Below, piece by piece: positions 1 to 9,021 of a stretch of DNA of 64,000 nucleotides. Each line of letters begins with the position of its first letter. Position 1 is the stretch's first letter. Source of the stretch: an uncultured bacterium (GTDB lineage: Bacteria > JAGOEH01 > CAYLKS01); NCBI GenBank assembly GCA_964384205.1, contig CAYLKS010000004.1, forward strand, positions 13,301-77,300. Direction: 5' to 3'. Position numbers and translations under genes: made by a program. The notes below the pieces were generated by a model that made no database searches, had not been told where the DNA came from, and saw only the letters and a list, made by a program, of their open reading frames with translations.

Positions 1-168
1 AATAAAAGCGGGATTTATATATACTGATTCTGAAGATTTTGTAATAATAGCACCATTCCCTGATCTTATAGATGCCGCACCTATTGGAAGATTTAAAATA
101 TTTAAAGTTTTCGGAACAGCATATATTATATTTAATAAAATTATAAGTAGTAAAAAGACTTTTTTCAT
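1..168 (-). CDS. Start of a secreted protein that continues past the left window edge; only the signal-peptide-like N-terminus is visible.
   Basis: The reverse complement has an ATG at 166-168 followed by MKKVFLLLIILLNIIYAVPKTLNILNLPIGAASIRSGNG..., a hydrophobic signal-peptide-like N-terminus. It lies directly downstream of the 171..1634 gene on the same strand. Confidence 0.35.
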   Translation of the reverse strand, partial: MKKVFLLLIILLNIIYAVPKTLNILNLPIGAASIRSGNGAIITKSSESVYINPAFI

Positions 169-170
169 AA

Positions 171-1634
171 CTAATTTAGTATTGTAATTTTATTTGATAT
201 TTTTTCTTTATTCTTTACATCGATTATGTAAAGATAGGTTCCATTAGGGACGTAATCGCCATTATCATCGCGTCCATCCCATTTTACGATAATTTTGTCC
301 GAAGAATCGAAAAATTTATTTTCGAATAAAGTTCGAATTAAATTCATAGACATATCATAAATTTTTAATGTGACATAATTTGAGTTTTTCAATGCAAAAA
401 CAATTTGAGCTTGTTGATTATCCCTTGTGCTAATGGGATTAGGAAATGAGTAAGTTTTTACTAAATCGGAATATGTTACAGGGTATGATTTTTTAAAATA
501 ATCAAAAGATTTTCCATTATTTACAGTATAAGCAAGGCCGTTATATGTTCCAATCCATAGATAAAAATCTATTGCGCATAAAGATGCTATATAATCATCT
601 GGCAATCCGTTTTGTGTGGTAAATTTTTCCAGATTTTTATTATTAAGGTTGAATGAATATAGTGCTCCGTCGGTGCCAAACCATAGTAATGAATCTTTGC
701 CGGTAATTGCTAAAGGTGCTATATCTTGTAATCCATCTATAGAATGCCATGTTTCTCCATTATTGTCTGAATAAATTGCGCCATTAGATTCTCCTGGATT
801 CCCCGAACTTGTACATGAAGCTACGATATATTTTTTATCATTGAAATAATGAATATATAATTCCCATATTTGGTTGCCGAGAAAATTTGGGGTATAACCT
901 GCTCCATACTGCGTAAATGTTTTTCCATTATCTTCTGATTTTTTGATACCAGCAGCTGTGCCGAGCCATATTATCCCTTCTTTATCAATTTTTAAAGAAA
1001 GAGCAATATTATTGAAATTGTTTACATATGTAAAAGACGGTGGATATAAGGTAGTTTCTAATGTATCATTTGTTGAATCTTCATCGGGAATAATTATAGT
1101 CCATATTGAATCTTTTATATTTTTTCTAATAAGATTGCCTCTTAAATAAGCGATAAATATAGAAGAATCTTTAAAAGCAATTTCAAACCCAACTTTTTGT
1201 GGAAATTCATCTGCAAATTTTATTTGTTCGAACTGCCATTCTGAACTATCTTTATGTCTATAGTAAATGCCGGTACCAACAGGTACAGGTTGGGACATAC
1301 TTGCATAATCTCTCATATAGCCAGCAGTAGCATAGTAATAATTATTGTTATATCCTAAAGAAAAGATATACTGATTTATATCGTTATATTTTAATTGATA
1401 GGTCCATGAATTTCCCCAATCTTCTGAAAATGCCGCACCTTCACCTGTCAAAATCCATAGCTGATTATTTAAATAATAAACTTCATATATATCATTGGAT
1501 ATTATTTCCCCCTCAGATTGCACTTTATTCAGTTTTATATTAGGTTTAATGTTATATTTTTTAGGTATTATCAATTCATTTGCATTTATTGAAATTATTA
1601 TGGCAAGAGATAATAAAATGCTTTTTTTTATCAA
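171..1634 (-). CDS. Secreted BNR/Asp-box repeat (beta-propeller) protein with a T9SS C-terminal sorting domain
   Basis: It has an N-terminal signal peptide (MIKKSILLSLAIIISINA). There are four to five Asp-box motifs of the form S-x-D-x-G-x-[ST]-[WF] (SEDWGNSW, SDNNGETW, SEDNGKTF, VNNGKSF). The C-terminal ~80 aa (NPISTRDNQQAQIVFALKNSNYVTLKIYDMSMNLIRTLFENKFF...KWDGRDDNGDYVPNGTYLYIIDV) has the pattern of a Por/T9SS CTD (FlgD Ig-like fold). Confidence 0.6.
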   Translation of the reverse strand: MIKKSILLSLAIIISINANELIIPKKYNIKPNIKLNKVQSEGEIISNDIYEVYYLNNQLWILTGEGAAFSEDWGNSWTYQLKYNDINQYIFSLGYNNNYYYATAGYMRDYASMSQPVPVGTGIYYRHKDSSEWQFEQIKFADEFPQKVGFEIAFKDSSIFIAYLRGNLIRKNIKDSIWTIIIPDEDSTNDTLETTLYPPSFTYVNNFNNIALSLKIDKEGIIWLGTAAGIKKSEDNGKTFTQYGAGYTPNFLGNQIWELYIHYFNDKKYIVASCTSSGNPGESNGAIYSDNNGETWHSIDGLQDIAPLAITGKDSLLWFGTDGALYSFNLNNKNLEKFTTQNGLPDDYIASLCAIDFYLWIGTYNGLAYTVNNGKSFDYFKKSYPVTYSDLVKTYSFPNPISTRDNQQAQIVFALKNSNYVTLKIYDMSMNLIRTLFENKFFDSSDKIIVKWDGRDDNGDYVPNGTYLYIIDVKNKEKISNKITILN

Positions 1635-1639
1635 TTTGT

Positions 1640-3166
1640 TTATTCCTTAATGAGATTTTGTATTTTCTCCTCTATGCCTTTTGACATCTCATTTATATAG
1701 TTAATAAGATTATTAGCTTCTTTAATTAATTCCTGCTCATTATGTTCTTTATCAAACTTAGTATTTACCCATATATTGTATAATGAAGCATTAGCAATAG
1801 ATTTAATCATGTTTATGGCAATTCCCAGATCAGAAATAGCAGCTTTACTGCAATTTTCTACAAGGCTTGCTGTAATTTCCAGTATTGTGCTGCTTAGTTT
1901 GATCAGTTCTAAAGGGGTAAGGCAGGCATTGTGAATAATTTCCATTGCCTTTTCTTTATCTTCATAATTTTTTACAATAGAAAAGTTGTTTAAAAGATAG
2001 GAAAGATTTTGGGCATCTATATCTATACTTTCAAGGAATAAATTTCTAATGTTTTGTAATTTTTCAGTATAAGAAAATAATGACTCTTTCAAGTGGTTAA
2101 ATTTTTTCTTATTTATTGTGGTATCTATAACCAGAAGTATTAAAGATGCTGCCATAGCTCCATTATAAGCCATAGCAGAACCTCCACCAATATGAAATTC
2201 TTTATCAGCTAATAAGTCGCAAAATGTTTCCAGCTGATTAGTTGTATAAGATTCAATATATTGTTCTATAAAGGAATCATAAAAATATTTATCATCAAAA
2301 TTGTTGAGTCTTATATTTATTTTACCAAAATTTATAAATTCTTTATATGCCAAGATTTTTTTAGGATTTTCTATTTTTTGGTAAAAATATAATCCTATAT
2401 TATAAAGAAATTCTTTCTTTATCAAGCTAATAAATTCTGTTTTGTATATTTTTATTGAATGCTTTATAGCTTCATTTTCTAAATATTCAAAAAGCAGAAA
2501 AAATGGTATATTCATAGTATGCGTTTCAATTAGAATAGATGAAAGATTATGTTCTGTTCTATAAAGTTCTGTAGAATAAATATTTAATTTATCATTTGAT
2601 TCAGATAAGAATTTTTTATTTGTTATTGCTTCAGATAGGGCTTTTAGTGATTGTTTATCATGAGTAATAAAAATTATTTCACCAATAAAATGGCTAAACC
2701 CGTAATCTAATATTATATTGTTTTTAGAATTAGAATAATTTTTTTCTTCTAATAGTTCATAATTAATTTTTTCCAGAAGAGTTTGGTATAGGGATATACT
2801 TTTTTTTGTAGTATATAAATTACAATTGATTTTATTTTCTAAGAAAGCATTTTGTAAAATGCTACGATAGACATCAATTTCCTGGAGCAATATTCCTGAA
2901 ACTGAGAATAGATTTATAATTGCTGTATTTTCATTTTCTAATTCAGATATGTATGCATAAAAGTTAAGAATAGAATTCAAAACATTATTTGGGTAACCAG
3001 CGATAGTAAAGAATGAAGTATTTAAATCAAATTGAATATTTGTATCCAATAAAAATACATTGTCTTCAGATTTTAGAATATTAATAACAATATCATAATA
3101 TTTAATATCAAAATAAGATTTAAGCGCAATTTGAGCGCCTAAAATAGGCTTTTTATAAGGAAACAT
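1640..3166 (-). CDS. Formimidoyltransferase-cyclodeaminase (FTCD)-like protein: a confident C-terminal cyclodeaminase/cyclohydrolase (FTCD_C) domain, plus a divergent N-terminal region with possible formiminotransferase-like traces
   Basis: The C-terminal ~190 aa (EFHIGGGSAMAYNGAMAASLILLVIDTTINKKKF ... ISDLGIAINMIKSIANASLYNIWVN) match the FTCD_C consensus (GGGS-A-GA-AA-L--MV--LT-GKK ... GN-NA-SD---A). The N-terminal segment (LLDTNIQFDLNTSFFTIAGYPNNVLNSIL) weakly resembles the formiminotransferase N-subdomain (LLD---------T--T--G-P--V) but lacks the NFSEG motif. The start codon overlaps the rpsT stop (TAATG at 3164-3168, minus strand). Confidence 0.5.
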   Translation of the reverse strand: MFPYKKPILGAQIALKSYFDIKYYDIVINILKSEDNVFLLDTNIQFDLNTSFFTIAGYPNNVLNSILNFYAYISELENENTAIINLFSVSGILLQEIDVYRSILQNAFLENKINCNLYTTKKSISLYQTLLEKINYELLEEKNYSNSKNNIILDYGFSHFIGEIIFITHDKQSLKALSEAITNKKFLSESNDKLNIYSTELYRTEHNLSSILIETHTMNIPFFLLFEYLENEAIKHSIKIYKTEFISLIKKEFLYNIGLYFYQKIENPKKILAYKEFINFGKINIRLNNFDDKYFYDSFIEQYIESYTTNQLETFCDLLADKEFHIGGGSAMAYNGAMAASLILLVIDTTINKKKFNHLKESLFSYTEKLQNIRNLFLESIDIDAQNLSYLLNNFSIVKNYEDKEKAMEIIHNACLTPLELIKLSSTILEITASLVENCSKAAISDLGIAINMIKSIANASLYNIWVNTKFDKEHNEQELIKEANNLINYINEMSKGIEEKIQNLIKE

Positions 3167-3423
3167 TAAGCACTAAGGTTATTTAAATAACGAGCAACTT
3201 TTGATTTTTTTCTATCTACTGTATTTCTATGTAAAACGCCTTTTTTCTTTGCAGTATCAAGCATTCCATATAATTTTTTAACTAACATAGTAGCTTCTTC
3301 TTTATTGGAAGTTTTTATTAATTTTTTGGTAACAGTTCTGATACTTTTTTTAATAATTCTATTTCTTAAACGAGCTTTTTCATTAGTTTTAATTCTTTTT
3401 TTAGCTGATTTATGATGTGCCAA
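3166..3423 (-). CDS. rpsT: 30S ribosomal protein S20
   Basis: This 85-aa basic protein starts MAHHKSAKKRIKTNEKARLRNRIIKKS... and ends ...VARYLNNLSA. That is the typical S20 N-terminal signature and size. Confidence 0.9.
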   Translation of the reverse strand: MAHHKSAKKRIKTNEKARLRNRIIKKSIRTVTKKLIKTSNKEEATMLVKKLYGMLDTAKKKGVLHRNTVDRKKSKVARYLNNLSA

Positions 3424-3624
3424 TTTTTCCTCCTTGGGTTTGTGTGTTTACAGCTTTAAAAACGTGGACTGTTAATATATAATTTTTTAAATCTTTTGTC
3501 AAGAGCTTTCTTATGTAAGTCTAAAAAAATCATATATTTTTCTCTTGTTTTTTGTTAATAAAATTAATATTTTAAATATCATTGTCAAGTAGAAAAAATG
3601 AATTTTTATAGAAGGAGTTTATAA

Positions 3625-4488
3625 ATGAAAGTTGGATTTGTTGGAATTATTGGTAAACCAAATGCAGGTAAATCTACCTTACTAAATGCGATTTTAGGAG
3701 AAGATTTATCTATTGTTACCCCAAAAGCTCAGACTACAAGAAAACAAATTATTGGTATTTATAATGATGATGAATCTCAGATTATTTTTGTAGATACCCC
3801 TGGTATTACAGAGCCAAGGGATAGATTAAATAAATTATTAGTTGAAAATGCAGAGCGGGCTATAAATGATGTTGATATTATTGTTATGATTATTGATGCC
3901 ACAAGATATATGAAGGAATTTTCTGATGATATTAAAAATTTTTTGGAAAATAATAGAAAGCCAATTTTTTTGCTTATTAATAAGATTGATAAAATCAGGA
4001 AAGCTTATATATTACCAATTATAGAATATTATAGACATTTGTATAGTTTTAATGAGATATTGCCTATATCTGCCAAATATAGGGACGGAGTTGATAAATT
4101 AATAGAATTATTAAAAGAATATTTACCGGAGGGAGAGCCTTTTTACGATCAGGATATTATTTCCACGCAAAATGAGAGAACATTTGTGGAGGAATATATT
4201 AGAGAAGGTATTTTTTATTTATTAAAACAGGAGTTGCCGTATTCTATTTATGTAAAAATTAATGAATATAAGGAAAGTGATGAAGAAGCAGAGATTTTTG
4301 CCGATATTTATGTTGAGAAAGACTCTCAGAAGAAAATAGTTGTTGGAAGAAATGGAAGTATGATAAAACAAATTAGAGAATATGCAACAGACAAAATAGC
4401 AAAATTTATTAATAAAAAAGTTAAGTTACATCTTTGGGTTAAAGTAAATAAACATTGGAAGAAAAATATTACTGAAAAACAATTATGA
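3625..4488 (+). CDS. era: GTPase Era
   Basis: G1 motif GKPNAGKST, G3 DTPGI and G4 NKID are present. The C-terminal KH domain and the 287-aa length fit Era. An RBS (GAAGGAG) lies 7 nt upstream of the ATG. Confidence 0.9.
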   Translation: MKVGFVGIIGKPNAGKSTLLNAILGEDLSIVTPKAQTTRKQIIGIYNDDESQIIFVDTPGITEPRDRLNKLLVENAERAINDVDIIVMIIDATRYMKEFSDDIKNFLENNRKPIFLLINKIDKIRKAYILPIIEYYRHLYSFNEILPISAKYRDGVDKLIELLKEYLPEGEPFYDQDIISTQNERTFVEEYIREGIFYLLKQELPYSIYVKINEYKESDEEAEIFADIYVEKDSQKKIVVGRNGSMIKQIREYATDKIAKFINKKVKLHLWVKVNKHWKKNITEKQL

Positions 4489-6164
4489 TTCGTTTTATTA
4501 AAAGAATACCTAAAACATTAGATGACTATAATGTTATTTTTAATGGAAAAGATGAGATAAGGAATCATATAGGACAACTTTGTGAAGAAAGTGTTCCTTT
4601 TGATACAATTATACTACGACGAGATAATAGTAAATTTCAAAAAGAAAGAGCATTTTCTTTTTTTGTGCTTTCCGATAAAAATTATTTTTTGACAGATATA
4701 TTGAATCCTTTGGATACAGGGGCAGAAGTACTGAATTATATTAAGAATTTAGAATTTAAATCAGATTTTGATAAAGAAATATCAAAGAAGCTTGGATTTT
4801 TACAATTTATTTACTCTTTTATGGATATTCAATATACTTTTTTTGCTCTATTAATTGGTTATAAGAATTTGGTTATAGATAATCAGAAAATACAGGCTTT
4901 AAAATTTGCTTATCCAGATTTTATTAAAAAGTTTGAAAAAAGAGATAATTTTCGAGTGAATCTAACTTTAGAATATCCAGTAGAAGTTATTATTGAAGGG
5001 TATAAAACAAGAGCTTTAAATATATCTGCAGGGGGGATAGCAATAAATACGAAGATTCCACGAATTATACATATTGGGGAAATTTTGCCTATGACATTAA
5101 CTTTTCCAAATGGGGGCTCTTGTTTTATAAAAGGAATGGTGAAGTATTTGAGTTCATATCGAGCGGGGATACAATTTATTCCTTCATCAAGAAATAAGAT
5201 TGATATTATAGAATTTAAGCACAATTTAGACATAATAAGGAAATTTGTAATAGCGGAGCAGCTGCGTCAGAAGAAAAAAGAGAAAGATTTTGAAGATTAT
5301 TTACTGGATAAGAAGAAAGTTTATGAAAAAGTAAAAAAATCTGTAAAACAAAAATTGAATATTATAAAAAATCAGGAAGAACGCAAAGCTTTTTATGAAA
5401 TTCATAGGCCTACTATTTTGGTTATTGATAATATACCAGGGACAAATTATGATTTTTTGAAGGCACATTTTAATGTTTATAATACCCACTATATAAAAGC
5501 AGAAGTGAATTTTAAAATAAATAGTATTGAAGCATTAATTTTCAATCCTGATTATTCAAATTATAAAAATATTATTGATTTTTTGGTTAAATACCATATT
5601 GCAAAGATAACACCTAAGATAATAGTTTCCAACCAATTATCTAGAGATTTTATTTTATTTTTAAATAAGAAGATTACATTTGATAATATGTTAAAATTTC
5701 CTCCTAATCCAAGGTTATTAATAAATAGCTTAAAGAAAATTTTTCACTATGATTTAGATGAGAAAACTTTTAAGATAGATCAAAAAATAAAAGATTTAAA
5801 ATTTGCAGTTGTATCTAATGTTCCATTTTTGTTATACCACATAACACATTTGTTATATTCTGCAGGTATTGAGAAAGTTGTTAGGATAGATTCTTCTGGT
5901 AAGATTGCAAATGTCTTATCTAATTTTTCGCCAGAAATTTTAATAATAGATAATATTATAGATACTGTGGATGCTTTGAGGATGGGGTATATTTTAAAGA
6001 AAAATCCAGCTTTTAAAAATATTAAAATTTTCCTTGTTATAACGGAAAAGTTTGATAATTATTTAGAGTTAATTGGGAAATATAATATTGATAGGTTTAT
6101 ATTTTTTCCTTTTAATGAAGAAGAGTTTATTGAGATTCTGGAATCTTTTGCAGTGGAATTTTAG
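4485..6164 (+). CDS. PilZ-domain (c-di-GMP-binding type) protein, 559 aa, translationally coupled to era
   Basis: Its start overlaps the era stop (ATGA at 4485-4488). The central segment has both canonical PilZ motifs: RxxxR (RDNFR, nt 4941-4955) and [DN]xSxGG (NISAGGIAI). The flanking ~150-aa N-terminal and ~300-aa C-terminal regions resemble no family I recognise. Confidence 0.55.
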   Translation: MIRFIKRIPKTLDDYNVIFNGKDEIRNHIGQLCEESVPFDTIILRRDNSKFQKERAFSFFVLSDKNYFLTDILNPLDTGAEVLNYIKNLEFKSDFDKEISKKLGFLQFIYSFMDIQYTFFALLIGYKNLVIDNQKIQALKFAYPDFIKKFEKRDNFRVNLTLEYPVEVIIEGYKTRALNISAGGIAINTKIPRIIHIGEILPMTLTFPNGGSCFIKGMVKYLSSYRAGIQFIPSSRNKIDIIEFKHNLDIIRKFVIAEQLRQKKKEKDFEDYLLDKKKVYEKVKKSVKQKLNIIKNQEERKAFYEIHRPTILVIDNIPGTNYDFLKAHFNVYNTHYIKAEVNFKINSIEALIFNPDYSNYKNIIDFLVKYHIAKITPKIIVSNQLSRDFILFLNKKITFDNMLKFPPNPRLLINSLKKIFHYDLDEKTFKIDQKIKDLKFAVVSNVPFLLYHITHLLYSAGIEKVVRIDSSGKIANVLSNFSPEILIIDNIIDTVDALRMGYILKKNPAFKNIKIFLVITEKFDNYLELIGKYNIDRFIFFPFNEEEFIEILESFAVEF

Positions 6165-6470
6165 CTTTTTTAAAGTATGCCATATCTTTTATTATTATAT
6201 AAAACGGATTAAGTATTTAGATTTATTACCTTATGTTAGCGAGAATTTCTATGCAAAATCAGATACATTTTATTATTATACAAATCAATATTGAAATTCT
6301 AAAGTAAATAAATTTGTTACTTCACTAATATTAAATCAAAAATAATAAATAATTAAAAAATGAAATGTTATAATTTTTTAGTTTAATTTTTTTCAAATTA
6401 TAAATACAATTTTTTTAATTCAAGGGTGATACTATGTTTTATTTTTTTTCAAGTGAAACCTAAAAAAAGC

Positions 6471-6499
6471 TTGACAAAAAATTTTTTGTATCTATATTT
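6471..6499 (+). promoter_or_regulatory. Candidate promoter of the thr operon (TTGACA-N16/17-TATATT)
   Basis: TTGACA at 6471-6476 is followed 16-17 nt later by TATATT/ATATTT at 6493-6499, about 36 nt upstream of the thrA ATG. In an FCB-type sigA organism the real -7 element may instead be the overlapping TAtaTTTa. Confidence 0.3.
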
Positions 6500-6534
6500 A
6501 CTCTTTATATTTTTTCAAAAAAAAGGAATCTGAC

Positions 6535-9003
6535 ATGAAGGGTAAATTTATATTAAAATTTGGTGGTACCTCTGTAGGAACACCTGACAGTATTAAAAAA
6601 GTTAAGAATATTGTCTTTGATTATATTAACAACGGAAATAAAATTGCAGTTGTAGTTTCTGCTTTTGCAAAGGTCACAGATGGTCTTCTTGGACTTGCAG
6701 AACTTGCGGAAAAGGGCAATATTGAGTACAAAAATATGGTAACTATGCTTGAAAATAGGCATTTGGAGGCTATCAATAGTCTAATTGAAGATGCTAATTT
6801 GAAATCGGAGTGTATTAACAAAGTTACTGAAATATTGTTGGAATTAAAAGAAATAGCAGATGGTGTTTTTTTGTTAAAAGAACTATCCAAAAGAACTTTG
6901 GATTTATTTGCTAGTTTTGGAGAAAGGCTTTCAGCCGTAATAATATCATATTATTTTAGACAATTTTTTCCAGATACTGAATATATTGATGCAAGAAATA
7001 TTATAGTTACTAATGATAATTTTACAAATGCAGTTGTGAATTTTTCATTATCTAAACAAAGAATAAAAGAAAAATTAGATGATTTTGATAAATTATATGT
7101 GATAACAGGTTTTATTGCATCTACGCCAGATGGTAAAACCACTACCTTAGGGCGGGGTGGTTCAGATTATACAGCATCTATTATAGGAAATATTGTAGAT
7201 GTTGATGAAATTCATATTTGGACAGATGTAGATGGAATAATGACTTCTGATCCTAAAAAAGTAGATAGGGCTTTTCCAATTGTTGAATTATCTTATGAAG
7301 AAGCAATGGAATTGTCCAATTTTGGGGCAAAAGTTTTGTACCCACCAACGATTCAGCCGGCATTGGATAAAAAAATCCCAATAATTGTAAAAAATGTCTT
7401 TAATCCACATTTTCCAGGCACTAAGGTTTGTATGAATCCTAAACCAACATCTTATATTATAAAAGGGATTTCTTCTATAGATGATATTTGTATTTTACGC
7501 GTTAAAGGTAGTGGTATGGTTGGTATTCCAGGTATTTCGTATAGATTATTTAGAGCATTGAAAGCCGGGAATGTAAATGCCATATTAGTAACACAAACAT
7601 CATCCGAGCATTCCATTTGTGTTGCGATTAAGCCAGAACAAAGTATTATTGCAAAGGATTTGGTTGAAAGAGAGTTTATAGAGGAAATTACTAATCATCA
7701 GATTGATGAGATAAAAATAGAAAATAACCTATCTATTGTAGCTATTGTTGGCAATAATATGAGGATGATTCCCGGTATATCTGGTAAAGTATTTACCGCA
7801 TTGGGCAGGAATGGTATTAATGTTATTGCAATATCACAGGGTTCGTCGGAACTTAATATTTCTATTGTTATTAATAAGAAGAATTTGATTAAAGCATTAA
7901 ATGCAATTCATGATTCATTCTTTTTATCTGATAAAAAAGTCATTCATTTATTTCTTATTGGTACCGGTTTAATTGGTACTACTTTAATGAATATTATAAA
8001 AAATCAATGTGAATATATTCGAAATAAATGCTTCCTTGATTTGCGGGTAGTTGGAATTGCAAATAGTAGAAAAATGTTATTTGATATAAAGGGAATAGAT
8101 TTTGATACATGGAAAAATGATCTGGAAAAATCAGGGTTAAGTATGGAATTGGACAGCTTTGTAGATAAAATGATTGATTTAAATTTATCGAATAGTATTT
8201 TTATTGATTGTACAGCAAGTTATGATGTTCCTAATTATTATGAAAAAATACTTTATCATAGTATTCCAGTTGTTACACCGAATAAAGTTGCTAATATTTT
8301 GAAATATGATTTATATTCAAAATTGAGACATGTTTCGAATAAATATAATGCAGGATTATTTTATGAAACAAATGTTGGCGCTGGTCTTCCTGTAATAAAT
8401 ACTCTTAAGGATTTGATTTTAAGTGGAGATGAGATTTTAAAAATAGAAGGTATTTTTTCTGGAACATTGAGTTATATTTTTAATAATTTTAATTCTAATG
8501 TGAAGTTTAGTGCTCTTGTGAAAGAAGCAATGCAAAAAGGATATACAGAGCCGGATCCTCGGATTGATTTAAAAGGGGAGGATGTTGCAAGAAAATTATT
8601 AATTTTGATAAGGGAGCTTGAAATACCATTGGAATTGGAAGATATACAGATTGAACCATTTTTGCCAAAAGATGTTTTTCAGGCAGAAAGTATTGATGAT
8701 TTTCTTACTATTCTGGAGAAGTATGATGATTATTTTAAAAATCTTGCTTTAGATGCAGAAAAGAAGAGTCATAAGTTAAAATATATTGCGAGTTTTGATG
8801 GTAATATTGCTAAAATTCAGTTGCAAGAGATCCCTGTTATTCATCCATTTTATTTTTTAACAGGAACGGATAATATAATTCTTTTTAGGACTAAAAGATA
8901 TAATAAAACGCCTCTTGTGATAAAAGGTCCTGGCGCTGGGGCAGAGGTTACAGGTGCAGGCGTTTTTGCTGATATTATAAAAGCGGCTAATACTAATTTT
9001 TAA
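6535..9003 (+). CDS. thrA: Bifunctional aspartokinase / homoserine dehydrogenase
   Basis: The N-terminus ILKFGGTSVG is the aspartokinase motif. The central region has ACT domains. The C-terminal half is a homoserine dehydrogenase (LIGTGLIGTTL NAD-binding motif, GAGLPVI, EPDPRIDL). At 822 aa it matches ThrA-type fusions. Confidence 0.85.
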   Translation: MKGKFILKFGGTSVGTPDSIKKVKNIVFDYINNGNKIAVVVSAFAKVTDGLLGLAELAEKGNIEYKNMVTMLENRHLEAINSLIEDANLKSECINKVTEILLELKEIADGVFLLKELSKRTLDLFASFGERLSAVIISYYFRQFFPDTEYIDARNIIVTNDNFTNAVVNFSLSKQRIKEKLDDFDKLYVITGFIASTPDGKTTTLGRGGSDYTASIIGNIVDVDEIHIWTDVDGIMTSDPKKVDRAFPIVELSYEEAMELSNFGAKVLYPPTIQPALDKKIPIIVKNVFNPHFPGTKVCMNPKPTSYIIKGISSIDDICILRVKGSGMVGIPGISYRLFRALKAGNVNAILVTQTSSEHSICVAIKPEQSIIAKDLVEREFIEEITNHQIDEIKIENNLSIVAIVGNNMRMIPGISGKVFTALGRNGINVIAISQGSSELNISIVINKKNLIKALNAIHDSFFLSDKKVIHLFLIGTGLIGTTLMNIIKNQCEYIRNKCFLDLRVVGIANSRKMLFDIKGIDFDTWKNDLEKSGLSMELDSFVDKMIDLNLSNSIFIDCTASYDVPNYYEKILYHSIPVVTPNKVANILKYDLYSKLRHVSNKYNAGLFYETNVGAGLPVINTLKDLILSGDEILKIEGIFSGTLSYIFNNFNSNVKFSALVKEAMQKGYTEPDPRIDLKGEDVARKLLILIRELEIPLELEDIQIEPFLPKDVFQAESIDDFLTILEKYDDYFKNLALDAEKKSHKLKYIASFDGNIAKIQLQEIPVIHPFYFLTGTDNIILFRTKRYNKTPLVIKGPGAGAEVTGAGVFADIIKAANTNF

Positions 9004-9021
9004 ACTGAAAGGGAATGTGCT

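Noticed and set aside
943-1149. Many short ORFs (60-130 aa) on the opposite strand inside long genes, e.g. 943..1149, 4910..5233, 6553..6890, 9414..9815, 11319..11950, 15296..15688, 26011..26628, 31188..31433, 32584..32900, 43385..43603, 48297..49091, 50548..50904
   Set aside because: In a ~30% GC genome, stop codons are rare on the antisense strand of coding DNA, so such ORFs arise by chance. They lack RBSs and recognisable motifs, and all are fully nested in confidently assigned genes.
6073-6294. 73-aa ORF in the era/PilZ to thrA intergenic region as a possible thr leader peptide
   Set aside because: It has no run of Thr/Ile codons and no RBS. It overlaps the end of the PilZ gene and has a low-complexity AT-driven composition.
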